Origin: Eledone cirrhosa
Taxonomy: Eukaryota
DNA: 64,000 nt
Reading direction: 5' to 3'
NCBI GenBank assembly: GCA_964016885.1
Contig: OZ024744.1
Span: 63,426,001-63,490,000, forward strand
The position numbers were made by a program, and so were the translations under genes. The notes under the pieces are model-generated. The model did not search any database. It had not been told where the DNA came from and saw nothing but the letters and a program-made list of their open reading frames with translations. Shown here one piece after another: positions 38,971 through 52,336 of this stretch; within the stretch, counting starts at the first letter, position 1; every line of letters starts with the position of its first letter.

Positions 38971-39869
38971 AGATGAAGCAGAATGAAGACTTTTAAAGGG
39001 TAAAGAAAGTGTTGCAATTTTAACACAGGGCATATAAAACAAATTAAGATGACAGAAAGAAGTTCTTACATAGTTTAATTCTTGCAATTGTTTCAATACA
39101 AAGCTTTTCTCAATTAAATAGCTAAGCAAATGTAATAATTATGATAATATTAATGACAGTAATTATAATAATGGTTTCAGATTTAGGCACAAGGCCAGCA
39201 ATTTTAGAGGAGAGGAAAGTCAATTAAATTGACCCCAGTGAGTGACTGGTACTTTATTTTATCAACTCCATAAGGATGAAATGCAAAGTCAACCTTGGTA
39301 GGATTTGAACTTAGAACGTAAAGGGCCGTAACTCTATTCTGTTAAGCATGTTGTCCAATGCTCTACTGGTTTTGCCAATCCACTGCCTAGAAACAAGAAC
39401 ACTGGTGTATATACTTTACTCTAGGATGTGTTTAAAAAAGTTTGTATTTCTTCAGAAAATTAAATCTCATCAAAGAAAGGCAAGTACAGGGAGAGGGTAC
39501 ATGTCATAGTCACTAAAATGACATGTACCTACTCCCTGTACTCCTGGCACCCAGCCATAGAAACCAAGCCAGAAACAGTTCTGTGTTAGCAAGACACGGT
39601 CACCTGATCTGACTTGTCTCACAACTAGACAACCAGACACATCTCTGATCTGCTGGGGATCACCACAATTTCAGTGAACTAATGGTTGAATCATTCACAC
39701 CTGTGCACCAGGAATTGCATGCAATACAATAAAATGAGATGGAAACATACAAACAAATATGATAGGATGAGTCTTTTCAGCTAAGTTGACATGGAAAAAG
39801 ATGCAAAAAGCATACTACAAATTCAATGATAACAAGAATAGAACAATTGTGCAACAAATTAACCTGGAT

Positions 39870-41678
39870 ATAGCATCATCATCATCGTTTTTACTTCTGC
39901 TTTTCAGACTTGCCAACTTCTAAAACCCAAACGGGGAGTACCATGAAAAAAAGGGCCCAAAATTGGGGAAGTTTTACATAATGAAAGCCATACCTGTTTT
40001 TACAAGAGAAGGCATCTCCCACCCACCCCAAAGTGGGTGGGAAATCTCTGTAGGACAGAGAGAGTTGACAAGTCTGACTTTTCCATGCTTGCATAGGTAG
40101 GAAAGGTCCTTCTCAGCACATCATCTTTCCACTTGTCACGTTCCTTCGAGATCTCCTCTCTCAGTTTTAGTAATTTGAAGTCAGCTCTCACAACCTCTGC
40201 CCAGGTCTTTCTTGGTTGTTCTCTGCTATCGCTTCTTTCCACTCATCAGTCATTGGGTCATTGTCCATGTGCATCACATGTCCATACCAATGCAGTCTTC
40301 TCACCTCGGATTCTCTTAAACCCAGCTTCTCCCTCAGCTCATCCAAGCTCTGCCTTTCTCTCACATTTACATTGCATATTCAATGAAACACGGTTGCTTC
40401 ATTTCTCTCCAGTCTACACATGTCCTTTGCAGTCACAGCCTATGTTTCACTTCCATGCAGCATCGCACATTGCACACAGGCGTCATACAGCCTTCATTTT
40501 GTATTTAGGGAGAAACCTTTAGTTGTTAACAGTGGGAGTAGCTTTCTAAACTTCTTCCATCCTATCTTTATTCTAGCTATTATACTCTTAGTGCACCCTC
40601 CTCAGCTACTAATTAGTTCACCTAGATAACAGTAGCTATTAACCACATATGTGGATCCTTCCTATGACTGGAAAAGGTTTATATCATTAGAACACTTCCT
40701 CTCAATTTCTTCTGTGCATCTTCTACAAGCAAAGTTCTCTCTTCCTGTTACTCTACTCGTTATCCCACTACATCTTTTTGGTACCCAAGATTTACATTGT
40801 GTACATTGTATGGAGTTTATGCTTACTCTCTTTTGCATATTGAGCATGACCACTTCTCTGAGGGAATCTGGGTTCTATCTTCTCTCCTGAGGACCAAATC
40901 ATCTGCGTAGAGAAGCTCCCATGGGCAACCCATTTTAAACTCCTCTGTTATGGCCAGAAAAACTATGACGAACAGCAGTGGGCTAAGAACTGAACCTTGA
41001 TGAACTATCTACTTTGAATTGCTTGCTAAACTTATTTCCTACTCTCACTTTACTGACAGCTCTTCTGTACATAGCTTACACTGCTCTCACAAGCCATTCT
41101 TCTACAACTAATTTCCTTGAGGACCACCAGATAACAGATTGAGGTACTCTGTCAAAGGCTTTCTCTAGATCAACAAAAACTAAATATAGTGGCTTATCTT
41201 TGGCTAGGAACTTCTTTTGTTGATTCAGTAAAAAAAGGGCATATGTAGTACTTTTCCCAGGCATGAAACCAAACTACATCTCATCTAATTTGACTTTTTC
41301 ATTAATGAGCTGTGCTATAACTCTTTCCATCACTTTTGTAACTTGGTCCATTAGTTTTATTCCATTAAATTACTCCTTTCTAGAGCATCACCTTTGCCCT
41401 TGTAGCAATTTATGATTTTACTACTGTGCCAGTCATTGGGTATGACTCTGTCATGTATTGATTTATTATACAGGTTACTAGTTTGAGTCCTATCTCTCCC
41501 GATGCTTTTAGCATCTCAGTAACTATTCCTGATGGTCCCACAGCTTTACTATTCTTCATCTCTTTGATTGCGTCTTTGACCTTAAAACTATCAACTTTAA
41601 TAGATGGTCCTTCTGTTGGGCTTGGGTTCCATTCTTCCTATTTATTCTCTTCATTCATCAATCTCCCAGAGTAACATC
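39870..41678 (-). mobile_element. RTE LINE, degenerate
   Basis: LVFVDLEKAFDRVP, PWELLYADD, CTQCKSWV..C, RKTWAEVV. Confidence 0.85.
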
Positions 41679-42050
41679 TGTAGTGACCTACATTCTGAGG
41701 GCTCTGATACATTCTCCGTGCATTATTTGGCTCAGCCAATTGCTGCCAGTGGAGGAGAATGTATCTCTACGTGCCCTGCAGCAAAAATTCCCGCGTCAGC
41801 TCAAGAAATCTGCCTCTTGCAGCTCGACCGCGTTAAAGTAAACAACTACTTTTCTTTCGCCGTGAAATCACTAGCCAATATGTAACACAACAATTTAACC
41901 ACGGCCTGGCAACACTTCAGCCAGTAGACCGTGCCTTCTGAAATCTTAATTCGTTTGTTTCATTTCTTTGGCATACCAGCTCCACTCAGCTCAACCTTTG
42001 TTAATAAATAACATAAAAACATCGTAGAGTCTTGTGATGCTGTTACCACA
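41679..42050 (+). mobile_element. diverged LTR related to family B
   Basis: First ~130 bp (TGTAGTGACCTACATTC...) match the LTRs at 28546 and 53625; 3' end uncertain. Confidence 0.6.
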
Positions 42051-43579
42051 GCAATGCCTTTAAGTGTGATATGGAAAGATTCTTTCCAGAGGTATTATCA
42101 CAGCAGCAACAGAACCTGAGACTTACAGCCTAACTTCTATTCTTCATGGTGATACATCTACTCTTATATCCATCTGCTAAATTGTATGAACATTCTACAA
42201 AGTAAACCAGCCTTTCATGTTGTTTCTAAATCAGTAGTAATAAAAATATATAATAACCATTCTTCCAAACATTTCCAGGCTTCTTTCATTTGGGCATCAG
42301 TGGTGCACCCGCATCATTTCTAACACATTTTCTCCCAACAACATCTTGATTTACAGAAACACACTGCCTTGCAATATAGAACACTTTATGTCCCTTATAT
42401 ATATATATATATATATATTATCATCATCAGCGTTTTACGTCCATTTTTCCAAGCTAAGATGGGTTAGACAAGTTGTGCTGTTGTGGGCAATGCCAGGTCA
42501 GGTGACCATGTCTTACTCATTCAGAACTGATTCTGGCTTGATTTCTACAGCTGAATGCCCTTCCTAATGCCAACCTCATTTACAGTGAGTACTGGGTGCT
42601 TTTTGTTGTCGCCTACACGGTCACATTACAGTGTGGACTAGGTGCTTTTACTCATAATACCTACACAACCAGTTTACAGTGGGGTGGGGGGTCGGGATGG
42701 AGTGGGATATATATATAAGGGAACACATTGGCTCCTTTACTTTCTATGTATAACTCAATGGGATGGAGACACAAAGGTTGCATATCCTGATACATAAACC
42801 AACAGCGATAGTAGGTTTCTGGATTGAGTATTTTTCTGAACTGTTAATCTATGCGTCTGTTGTGGATATTGTTAGTGACACCAGTAATTGACTTGACATT
42901 ATTGAACATAGAAGACCTTACACCAGTTCCTTGGATATTGGGATATTGCAACTTCAACAGATGATGTAGCAATAACAATAAGTAAGTTGAATCCAGGAAA
43001 AAATAGAATGTGTGCTGTGATCTGAGAGATGTGTACTATGGAATTCAAAAAATTCTTAAAAGGTCAAATAACCCTCTAATAATTAATGGGAGGTCAGTGT
43101 GATGAGAAACAATCATAGATTACCTACATTCAACCAATGATTGAAGTCGGCATACTGCAAGTGATACTAGATAGAAAGTCCTTTACCAAGATTCATATGT
43201 TTGTTGGGCTTGAAGTTACATCAAAAATACTCACCCAGAACATGTCAAAGTATAAACAATTACATAATAGCTGTCTGATGAGGTCATAGCAATTCCATAA
43301 TTGATGTCATTGAAATGCATATAGCAGTAATGACACGAGTAATAAAATGATTAACTTTCATCCTTACGGGGGTTGATAAAATAAAGTACCAGTAATACAC
43401 TGGGTCAATTTAATCGAATTTCCAACTCCCCCAAAATTGTGGGCCTTGTGTTTAAATCAGAAACCAATAATTACAACAGGTTTTGTCAACAACTTATCAA
43501 TCTACTTTTATTTATTTATTTAGTAGGTTTGTATTTCTTTGTATCTATTGATTTCATGGTGTTTCATTTCTTTGTAATT

Positions 43580-43900
43580 TTGTTGTTGTAGTTATTATTG
43601 TTGTCATTGCTGTTGTTATTATTGATGTTGTTGTTGCTGTTGTTGCTGCTGTTGTTGTTGTAGTTATTGTTACTGCAACTTTTGTTGTTGTTGTTATTAT
43701 TGCTGCTGCTGCTGCTGTTGTTATTGTTGTTGTTGTTGCTATTGTTGTTGATGTTGCTGTAGTTATTGTTGTTGTTGTTATTGTTGCTGTTGTTGTTGCT
43801 GTTGATGTTGTTGTTGTAGTTATTGTTGTCGTTGTTGTTGTTGTTGTTGTTGTTGTTATTGTTGTTAAGAAGAAGAAAAAGAAGAAGAAGAAGAAGAATG
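43580..43900. repeat. compound trinucleotide microsatellite (GTT/GCT/ATT)n(AAG)n
   Basis: Directly visible in the sequence. Confidence 0.95.
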
Positions 43901-45244
43901 GATGAGGGTGATGGAAAGGAGGCAGAAGAGAAAGGGTGAGGAGGAGGGGGGGAGGGAATTGTGCACCAGTCAACTGAAGTGTACGTTAAATTTATATCTG
44001 TACACATGTAAACATGGAAACATATTTCTATGTAAACTGGGAAAATACAAGATATACTGATATTAAAATTCAGTATATCTTGTATCTAGCCATACTATCC
44101 AGTCATCCAATGTGTTTCTATCAAATTACTCTTAGGGATACTGTGTGATCCTAATAGAATCATAGGCATGCCATAGTGACATAAGGTGTGTCTTGGGCAT
44201 TCCATATATAAATTTGAGCAACTTCTGTCCGTCTGTCATACAATGTGTGAATGTATATATGTGTAAAAGAAAAGAAGAGGATAGTGAAAATACTATAGCA
44301 AAACAGTGACTGGTATTCCATTTGCTATGCTGTGTATGAGTGCAATTGTATGTGTGTGTGTTTGTGTAAATGTATGTGTGTATGTTTGTGTGAATGTATG
44401 AGTATTTGTGTGAATGTATATCTGTGAGTGTATTTTTGTAAGTGTGTCTGTTTTTGTGTGTTTATATTTATATACTCATATATATGAATGTATGCATATG
44501 CACATACACATACACACACACACACACACGCACACATATATACACATATCCGTCAGTATGTTGAAAAAATTCTAGTCTTTTAAAAACCTGGCGGAGTCCA
44601 TCCTTCTCCAGGTTGATTTCTTCAAGAGAGACTGAGAGAGAGATAGAAAGGAAATGAGAAAGAGATATAAGAGGAATGGCTCTTCCAGCACATCTCCCTT
44701 ACCATCCTCCAGGGAAATGCCTTCTCCATTCTGTCCACTGGGGCTATGGCGCGGCCAGCACGTGGGACCCCATTTGCTCACAATACAGAGAGATGGAGGC
44801 GATGACAGTGGGAGTTCGGCTCACCCATGTTCGGACACATTGCACCTGTCATGAGTGTATTTTCCTATTTCTGACGAACATAGTACTGGACTAGTGTGCT
44901 TTTTATTGACCTCATAAGGATGAAAGACAAAGTTGACCTTAGCAGGATATGAACTCAGGGTGCAAAGAACCAGAATGAATGATGGAAAGCAGTCTAGCCA
45001 ACATTCTAATCATCATCATCATCATCTAATGACTATGCCAATTCTTTGCCTAATATTGACTATATACTACTTAATCTATATAAACATATTGAATTTAATA
45101 ATTTCTTTCATTAAAAATGTCAAGAAGAAACTACAATTACTTGTTGTTGTTGTTGTTTTACTATGGCAATCTATACAGACATCTCTCTCTCTCTCTTTTC
45201 TTCCTCCAAGTATGGTCCCAAATCAACAAACCTGAACTCTTTAT

Positions 45245-45301
<57 letters not shown>

Positions 45302-46029
45302 CACAACACACATATATGTATAAACAATGATGTAGAGGCCACCAGCAAATTAGAATTTACCTAATTGTTTTTATTACATAATCACTGTCATACATATTTC
45401 GATATAGTTCATCAGACAGCTATTTCGATATAGTTCATCAGACAGCTACTACTTGAATCAAATTTACATGAATAAAATAAGATGAACAAAAATAAAATGA
45501 ATAAAAATTACTCATACCATTTCCATTCTGTGATAATGTATGAGTAGGTTAAGGGTGTTGTTTTCTCAAACTCCTGCTGGCATGAATTAGTTCAAATACC
45601 TTCAGAGCATCTTGAAAAAGAGTGTAAACAATACCTAGCCATTAGTTGTTGGAAGTTCCAACCTTTCACCTTCTTGTCTGGTGCCAAGGTTTGAGATTGT
45701 TTATTAAATCTGGTAACAGGTCAGTTGTAAATCCTTTAGCAATAGGAGCTTACATGACAACCAGCTTTTGATAGCTCAAAAACAAGAGGAGTAAGAATCC
45801 ATGATGTGGCAGAGGAAGAAGATGTTAACTAACATCCACAACAACAGCTAAAGCACCAACAATAACAACCACAATAGGAGGGAGTAGGGAGTGATGTCAA
45901 TGGCTGTAACAACAGTAGAGTTGTGATAATAGAACCATCATAGCTAAAATATAATATATAATGATTTCTGATTTAGGCACAAGACCAACAATTTTTGGCA
46001 AGGAGAAAATCGATTAAATTGACCCCAGT

Positions 46030-47470
46030 TCAACCCCATATATGAAAGGCTGCATCAAGGCTCCTCATTATGTCATTGAAAGTGGCACGTTGGGGGAACC
46101 GACACGTGTTCTGGTGGCATGATAATCGGTGCAGGTCAAACTCATTGCCGACAGCTCCACAATAGCATTTTTGCCCTTCACACACGCAGAGGCCAAGGTG
46201 TTGGGCCACTCCAATATGAGGGCACTCATCATCAAGAAGGGAACTGGTTGATGAGGAGAGCACCAAATTGATCCATGCCCCACTGTTTGGCTGCTAAGTG
46301 AAATGGAGGCAGGTGAGATGGTGTTGATCCAAGCCAGACGCAGTCTGGCTGAAGGTTGATCTGCACTTGATGTCATTCCAGTTACATTGGACATTTATAT
46401 ACTAGGGGAGAAAGAGGCCTTCGCCTGTCCAGTCAACCAGAGCCTGCTCCAGTTCTAGGGCCACATCAGGTTCAGCTGTCTTGCTGAGGACCTCACTGAT
46501 GAGGGTGTGACTTGAGGAGATTGAGGTGAGGTAGGCTGGCAGTGCCAGATCTGATGTGGATTGGAGGCTGAGGCCACCGAACCTCACAAGGACCTTTGCA
46601 TGTTGCCAGTCAGCGCTCTCAAAACTAACATTGCAGATGAGTTCCATACAGCATCTGAAGCTGACATCGAGTTCACTGCTATGATCTGCATGAGGGTAAC
46701 AAGGTGCCCTGTGCAACATGAACAAGAATTTGGGAAGGGCAAAGCAGTTCCTCATGAGGGAGAATGCAAGGTGCAACTCAATAAGGTGCAGCCTCTCCAC
46801 CATTCTTGACAGGTTCGCGTGCTTTGAGAGAAGTGGAGAGCTGAGAATGCAGGCAGCATTGTTAGGCAATAGCCCAGCCCCAGACAAGACATGATGGATG
46901 CTGAGTACAGCATTGTGGAATTCAACCTCTCTATAACTAACATTTATCACCGTGGACTTGGATGGGTTGATCTCAAGTCTGAGGAGCTTTAGAGCTGGGA
47001 TGATTAACCGAAGGTCATCCAGGTACCAGATGTTGAAGGGCGATGGGCAGAGCGGGCAATGTCATTGACTGCCAATGAAAATAGGAGCTGACCAAGTAGG
47101 TCTCCTTGCTGGACAGCCATAGTGGAAGTGACCTTGTTGTCAGTGACCATGTGTGTACTGAGTCTTCTGTACAAGAGTTGGGCATGAGGGAAAATTGAGG
47201 AGGCTTGTCTGAGATATGTCCCGAAGATGTGATCCTACCTAACGTTGTTGAAAGCGTCTCTCATATCCAACTTCACATGGAGGTGGGATGACAAGAGTGC
47301 TTTATAAATTGTCTGGTCACATGAACTGCCGTCTCACACCCATACTTGCCTCCTACCCTGAGCTGGACATGGCTTAGGGCCTCATTCAGGACATCTTTGA
47401 CTGACTTGCAAGTTATTTTGGTTACAAGTCATCGGAAAAATATTTGCCCACTGCGATGGGACAGATGCCT
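46030..47470 (-). mobile_element. CRE-clade non-LTR retrotransposon, degenerate RT and zinc knuckle
   Basis: PIAVG, VKLDMRDAFNNV, VQQGD, WYLDD, VRFGGLSL...ALPAYLTS, CYC...H..SC. Confidence 0.75.
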
Positions 47471-48774
47471 CCTCTTTTTTTTCATTACTTAATTTTGTTT
47501 TTATCCTATTTTTAATATTCCCAGCATTATACAATATAAAAAAAATTCAATATAAAATTTCAATATAAAAAAAATTCACATTTATAAAAAAAAATTAATA
47601 GGCGATATGCATAAATGAGAATTAAGGTTGAAATTAAAATGAAGACAAATAAAGAAATAATACACAAAAAAATACATAAAAATAATACATAAACACATGA
47701 AAAGAAAGGAAAAATAGAAAGAAAAAATAAGAAAAACATTAATGATCAAGTATATGAATAGAAGAGGAGGAAATGGAAAATAAAAAAAAACAAAAATGAG
47801 ACATGTGAAAAATTCCAAGACACAATTATGCCAACACCTTTTATATATATATTATAAAATTGATGGTTGTACAAACATACAAACATATTAAACAAATATG
47901 TTAAATAAAAATGTATAAACTCCTAAAAGTGGTGAGAAGAAAGAAATTCCAACTAATAAATATTGGATGTTAACAGAAAAGAATTTCAGTACTTCTAGTT
48001 ATTTAGCTTGAGGCTGCCAGCTGTAGATCTCATCCAAAAGTATGGGTTTGCCTCCCCAGGAGGAAATTTAACTCTTTAATATTTATATTACTCTATATAT
48101 ACTATTGTATTTTTGCAGTAAAGGCTTTATCTCACATAATTACCTTACATAATATTGGATCTATAAGATTTTGATTAGCTTTGCCTTTTATCCTTACGGG
48201 TTCAAAAAAAATAAAGAACCAGTGATGCATTGGGGTAATTGCTGGCCTTGTGTCAAACGTAGACACAATTATTTATTTTGAGAGCAATACCCTAACAGTA
48301 CACAAAGTATTAAGATGAAGTATTACAATAGATCTGTCAATAATTGGTTAAACAATATAACTGAAAATCTACTAGTGGCCAGTTATGGCCAGTTTGAACA
48401 GAAAGAAGTGAGAGAACTCTGGCCAGATACAGCTGGTTTAAATGCTAAAGAGTTAAAAAGGTTATAATTAACTAGCCCTCATAGAGTTTCAGATCGTACT
48501 GCATCAAGGATTGGTTGAATCAATGCACCAGTGGAATGTTGAGTGTAATCCAGACTGTGTGAGCATCTATTGTAATATTAGTCTATGTATATAGATAAAT
48601 GATTTTACATATGTTGGAAAACAGTGTGGTGTTAGGCCTATAATGAGCCAAAGGTGGCTCTATATGGTATGTAGTGATAGACACAACATAACTTACTCCA
48701 GGGAGTAGGAAGTTCAACCTAAGACCTCAAGAAGTGGGGTTAGTTTCCATATTGCTTAAGGAAAGTTCCAATAT

Positions 48775-49790
48775 TCAGGTGTAGACAAGTACCAAAGAAT
48801 TCTGCCCTTCCATTAATTAGTGCTCCCCATTGAGTATCTCAAGAGTTTCACTCAGACAGACACTGGAGTCACCTCCATCAGGGTGCACCTCATGAATCTT
48901 AGATCATTCTAAGCTAACTTAAGTTTCTAGATCAGCTCCGAAAGGGCCATACTTTTTTGTGTATCGAACCTGTTAAAGGAGTGGCAGTGATTGTACCACA
49001 TACCCTTGAAGCTAGTTGACACTGCTCCTATGTACCTACACATCGAGTTGAGGGTAATGACCTTGCAATGGTAAATCAGGTTTTTTACCTGAGCAGAAAT
49101 GACACAGGGTTTCTGTAGTTACATAATCTAGTTGGAACCAGTGTATCACCAGTGGGATGTCCAATGGAGATGCCAGAACGACTGGCTCCAGGATCTTGCA
49201 GAAGGTCTGCCAGGATTTAAGGGTTTGCCAAGGAGATCCTGAGATCAACATTACTCACTCCAGGGATAGTTTGGTTCACCCTAGCACTATTCAGCACATA
49301 TCTCAAAGTCCTTAACCTATTGTTGTTGATGCTAGCTATGAGTTGGGCTAAGTGGAAAGCAAGAGTTTCACTGTGTGTCTCTTGAAAATCTTATAGTACC
49401 CGTGAGTTCTAGAGAAGCAACTATCTAGCACTCTAAAGAATAATCCAACCAGGGTAGTCTGCAGTTTCGCAGAATAGGGAGGATCATACCAGACTATTTT
49501 CCTATGTCTAGTTCTGCTGCTAACAGGTTTGAGTGTGGTCCTATCGAACTGTTGTGGATTTGCTGGGGCTGCTCTACCTTGAGGATGGCCATTAATGCAT
49601 GGTGTGGTAATGTTTCTTTTGCGCCACCACTACTTCTATATTGAAGTGTCCCATTGTCTACTTTATTCTGTGTACTATGGTTGGTGCCATTCTTCTTGTT
49701 GTGCATTTTGCATTTACTTTGTGTATGCTGAACATCCTGACTTCATATCAATTCAGGTGTCAATACTCTGTTGAATACCAACCTCTAAGG
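48775..49790 (-). mobile_element. degenerate PLE 3' part (linker plus GIY-YIG), same type as 57991-58923; not shown in the ORF track
   Basis: Manual translation: IVWYDPPYSAKLQT...YKIFKRHTVKL; NLIYHCKV...RYIGAVSTSFK...NHCHSF; CLSETLEIL; NGRAEFFGTCLH. Confidence 0.75.
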
Positions 49791-50409
49791 AGTCCCCGCC
49801 GAGTTTAACTTTGCCTTTCATCCTTACGGGGTCGATAAAATAAAGTACCAGTAATGCACTTGGTAATTGCTGGCCTTGTGCCTAAAATAGAAACAATTAT
49901 CTATAGAACAGTACAATCAGTGAAGAGTGCTTAATTTGGCATACGTTTGGATTAACCCATTAGCATTTAAACCGGCCATATCTGACCAGAATTCTCTCAC
50001 CTCTTTCTATTCAAACCAGCTACTCATACTGTTGTTAAGGGATTGTTCTCAAAATAAATAATATCAAAATTTCGTAGATTCAATATTATGTAATTATGTG
50101 AGATAAAGTGTTTTCTGGGAAAATACAATAGTAAATATAGAGTAATGTAAATACTAAAGGGTTAACTAATGTTGGAAATGCAATACACCTAATCAATTAA
50201 TCATCTAAACGAAGAAATATTTATATATATATGTATATATATATTCTTAAATGTAGGAATCTCAAATGCAGAAAATAATTGAAGCCACAGTTGATTGCTA
50301 TAGCTTAGAAAATTGGGTTAAGAACCCCTATAGATAGAAAAAATGTGGCAATATATATATGGATATATATGTGAATATATATGAATATATATATTGTTAG
50401 TTGGGTGCA

Positions 50410-51000
50410 TGTTGAAGGTATGTTGATGATGTATTTGTTCCTAATGGCAGACATTTCGAAACTTTACTACACAAAATCTATCTGAAGAGTTTAGTGGTGA
50501 AGAGGAATGGATGCGACATTAGCAAGATTGGTTATTTAAATGTCACTATCAAGATGAGTGGTGAGTCATAAAAGTTTACGATAAGACTAAGGATTTTAGC
50601 TTTAACCCTTTAGCATTTAGATTACTCTATAATTTTTGTGGTAAACGCTTTATTTTACATAATTATCGAATCTTACATAATTATCGAATCTTACATAATT
50701 ATCGAATCTACAAGATTTTGATGTTATTTATTTTGAGAACAATACCTTAACATCAGTATGAGCAGCCGATTACAGCCGGTTTGAACAGAAAGAGGTGAGA
50801 GAAAACTGGCCAGATACAGCCAGTTTAAATGCTAAAGGGTTAAGGTAGCTTAGATGCCCTTGCATCTTGCTGTTTGCTAATATCTTTAGGATACAATGTG
50901 TTTTCCAGTCAAATTATATGTTATGGCAGGATAGGTAGCCAAATAAATGCTTTTATGGAAGAAGTGAAAAAACTCTTAAAACATCATACGACAGGAAATC
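50410..51000 (+). mobile_element. PLE RT C-terminal fragment, possibly Naiad-type, interrupted by a MITE
   Basis: RYVDDVFV...KIY...YDKTKDFSF [MITE at TTAA] ...GYNVFSSQIICYGRI. Confidence 0.55.
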
Positions 51001-51603
51001 GAAGTTGGTGCCTTGGTGTTAAAAGGGAGATTCTAAGAAAATTCAGGGTTATTACAAGTTTGCAAATGAAAAGCATATGTCTATGAAATTAATTTTATTT
51101 TACATTGAAGTAGTAGAAATTTAGCACATTTAAGGGAGATTCTAAGAAAATTTAGCATATTGTAGCACTCTCTAGACAAAGTTACTTCAATTTCTAGAAT
51201 ACTCCTTGAACTTCCGTTTCAGAGATTATAAAAGAAGGAGCAAAGGACAATCTACCTCTTCTTCACCTCTTGGCTGCCTGACCTTAAGGCCAGGCATGGT
51301 TACGCCAAAAGGTATTCTCTCTTTCACCAACGGCTCTAGAATTGACCACACCAAGCACAGATGCTAAACTTTTTCTAATCCTATCCTATATCTCAGGATT
51401 ACACCACATCATGGCAGGAGGTACGTTTCACTACCAAAATTGTAACAAGCTACTTCAATAAATGCAAATCGTTACTGATACACTTTTCCGAAGTATTCGT
51501 CATGTTTCAATTACTACATCGTCATTCTTTTACATCTTCTAAACAAATTAAATTAGTGGTTGGCATGTAGTGGTATTTACTGGAGTAGGCCAATTCACTA
51601 AAA

Positions 51604-51745
51604 TGGTGACCCTGACAGAGTGAAACACCAACTACTAAAATGGTGACCCGACGGAGCGAAACACCAACTACTAAAATGGTGACCCGACGGAGTGAAACAC
51701 CAACTACTAAAATGGTGACCCTAACATAAAATGACACCAACTGAA
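51604..51745 (+). repeat. four tandem tRNA-Trp-type primer binding sites
   Basis: TGGTGACCC at 51604, 51641, 51677 and ~51713 within 36-37 bp units. Confidence 0.8.
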
Positions 51746-52336
51746 GAATGGAAAAAAAAAAGAAAAAAAAAATTTCTATTCCCACCTCACGTGGTGACAA
51801 CGGTCAAATGCTTCTAACTTGGCTGTTTATACTTTCGCTAGATCTTACTACGAACCATTCATTAAATTGGACTCTTTCATTTTTGAACATGATATTTCTT
51901 TTTCTGAAAATTACACCTCATGTCTTTCTCGTTCAATCAAGCTTTTGTTTAAGACCAACAACCAATATGGCGACAATATGGCTGCCTTCCTCTTTCATTT
52001 TCGAGCAGCCATCTTGTCTTCTTCGTTTCGTCATTTTCCCGCGTGGTGGATTTTACCAACACACTCATTGCTATTCATCTCAAAAAATAGTTCGGCCACG
52101 AGCTACTTTATTAATGCCAGTAAAAAAATTGCGACACCTTGCGTCGTAAATTGACGTCACTTGCTGGGCATTTTTATGCACATTCGTTCTGCGGTCAGCT
52201 ACTTAAAAGAAAGTTATCTGGACATTTCCTCTGACCAGTTCTCCTGCTGCAAATTGGAATATTTACCTCTTCCATCTTCTGAAGGAAAGATTCTCTGCGG
52301 TATTTCTACTGGCTCACCCAGACCACTTGTTCCAGA

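Noticed and set aside
43554-44007. Poly-Thr and poly-Asn ORFs
   Set aside because: Translations of a trinucleotide microsatellite.
48775-48850. DIRS RNase H-like WGA...HLN motif
   Set aside because: Better explained as the end of the PLE GIY-YIG domain (RAEFFGTCLH), colinear with upstream PLE motifs.
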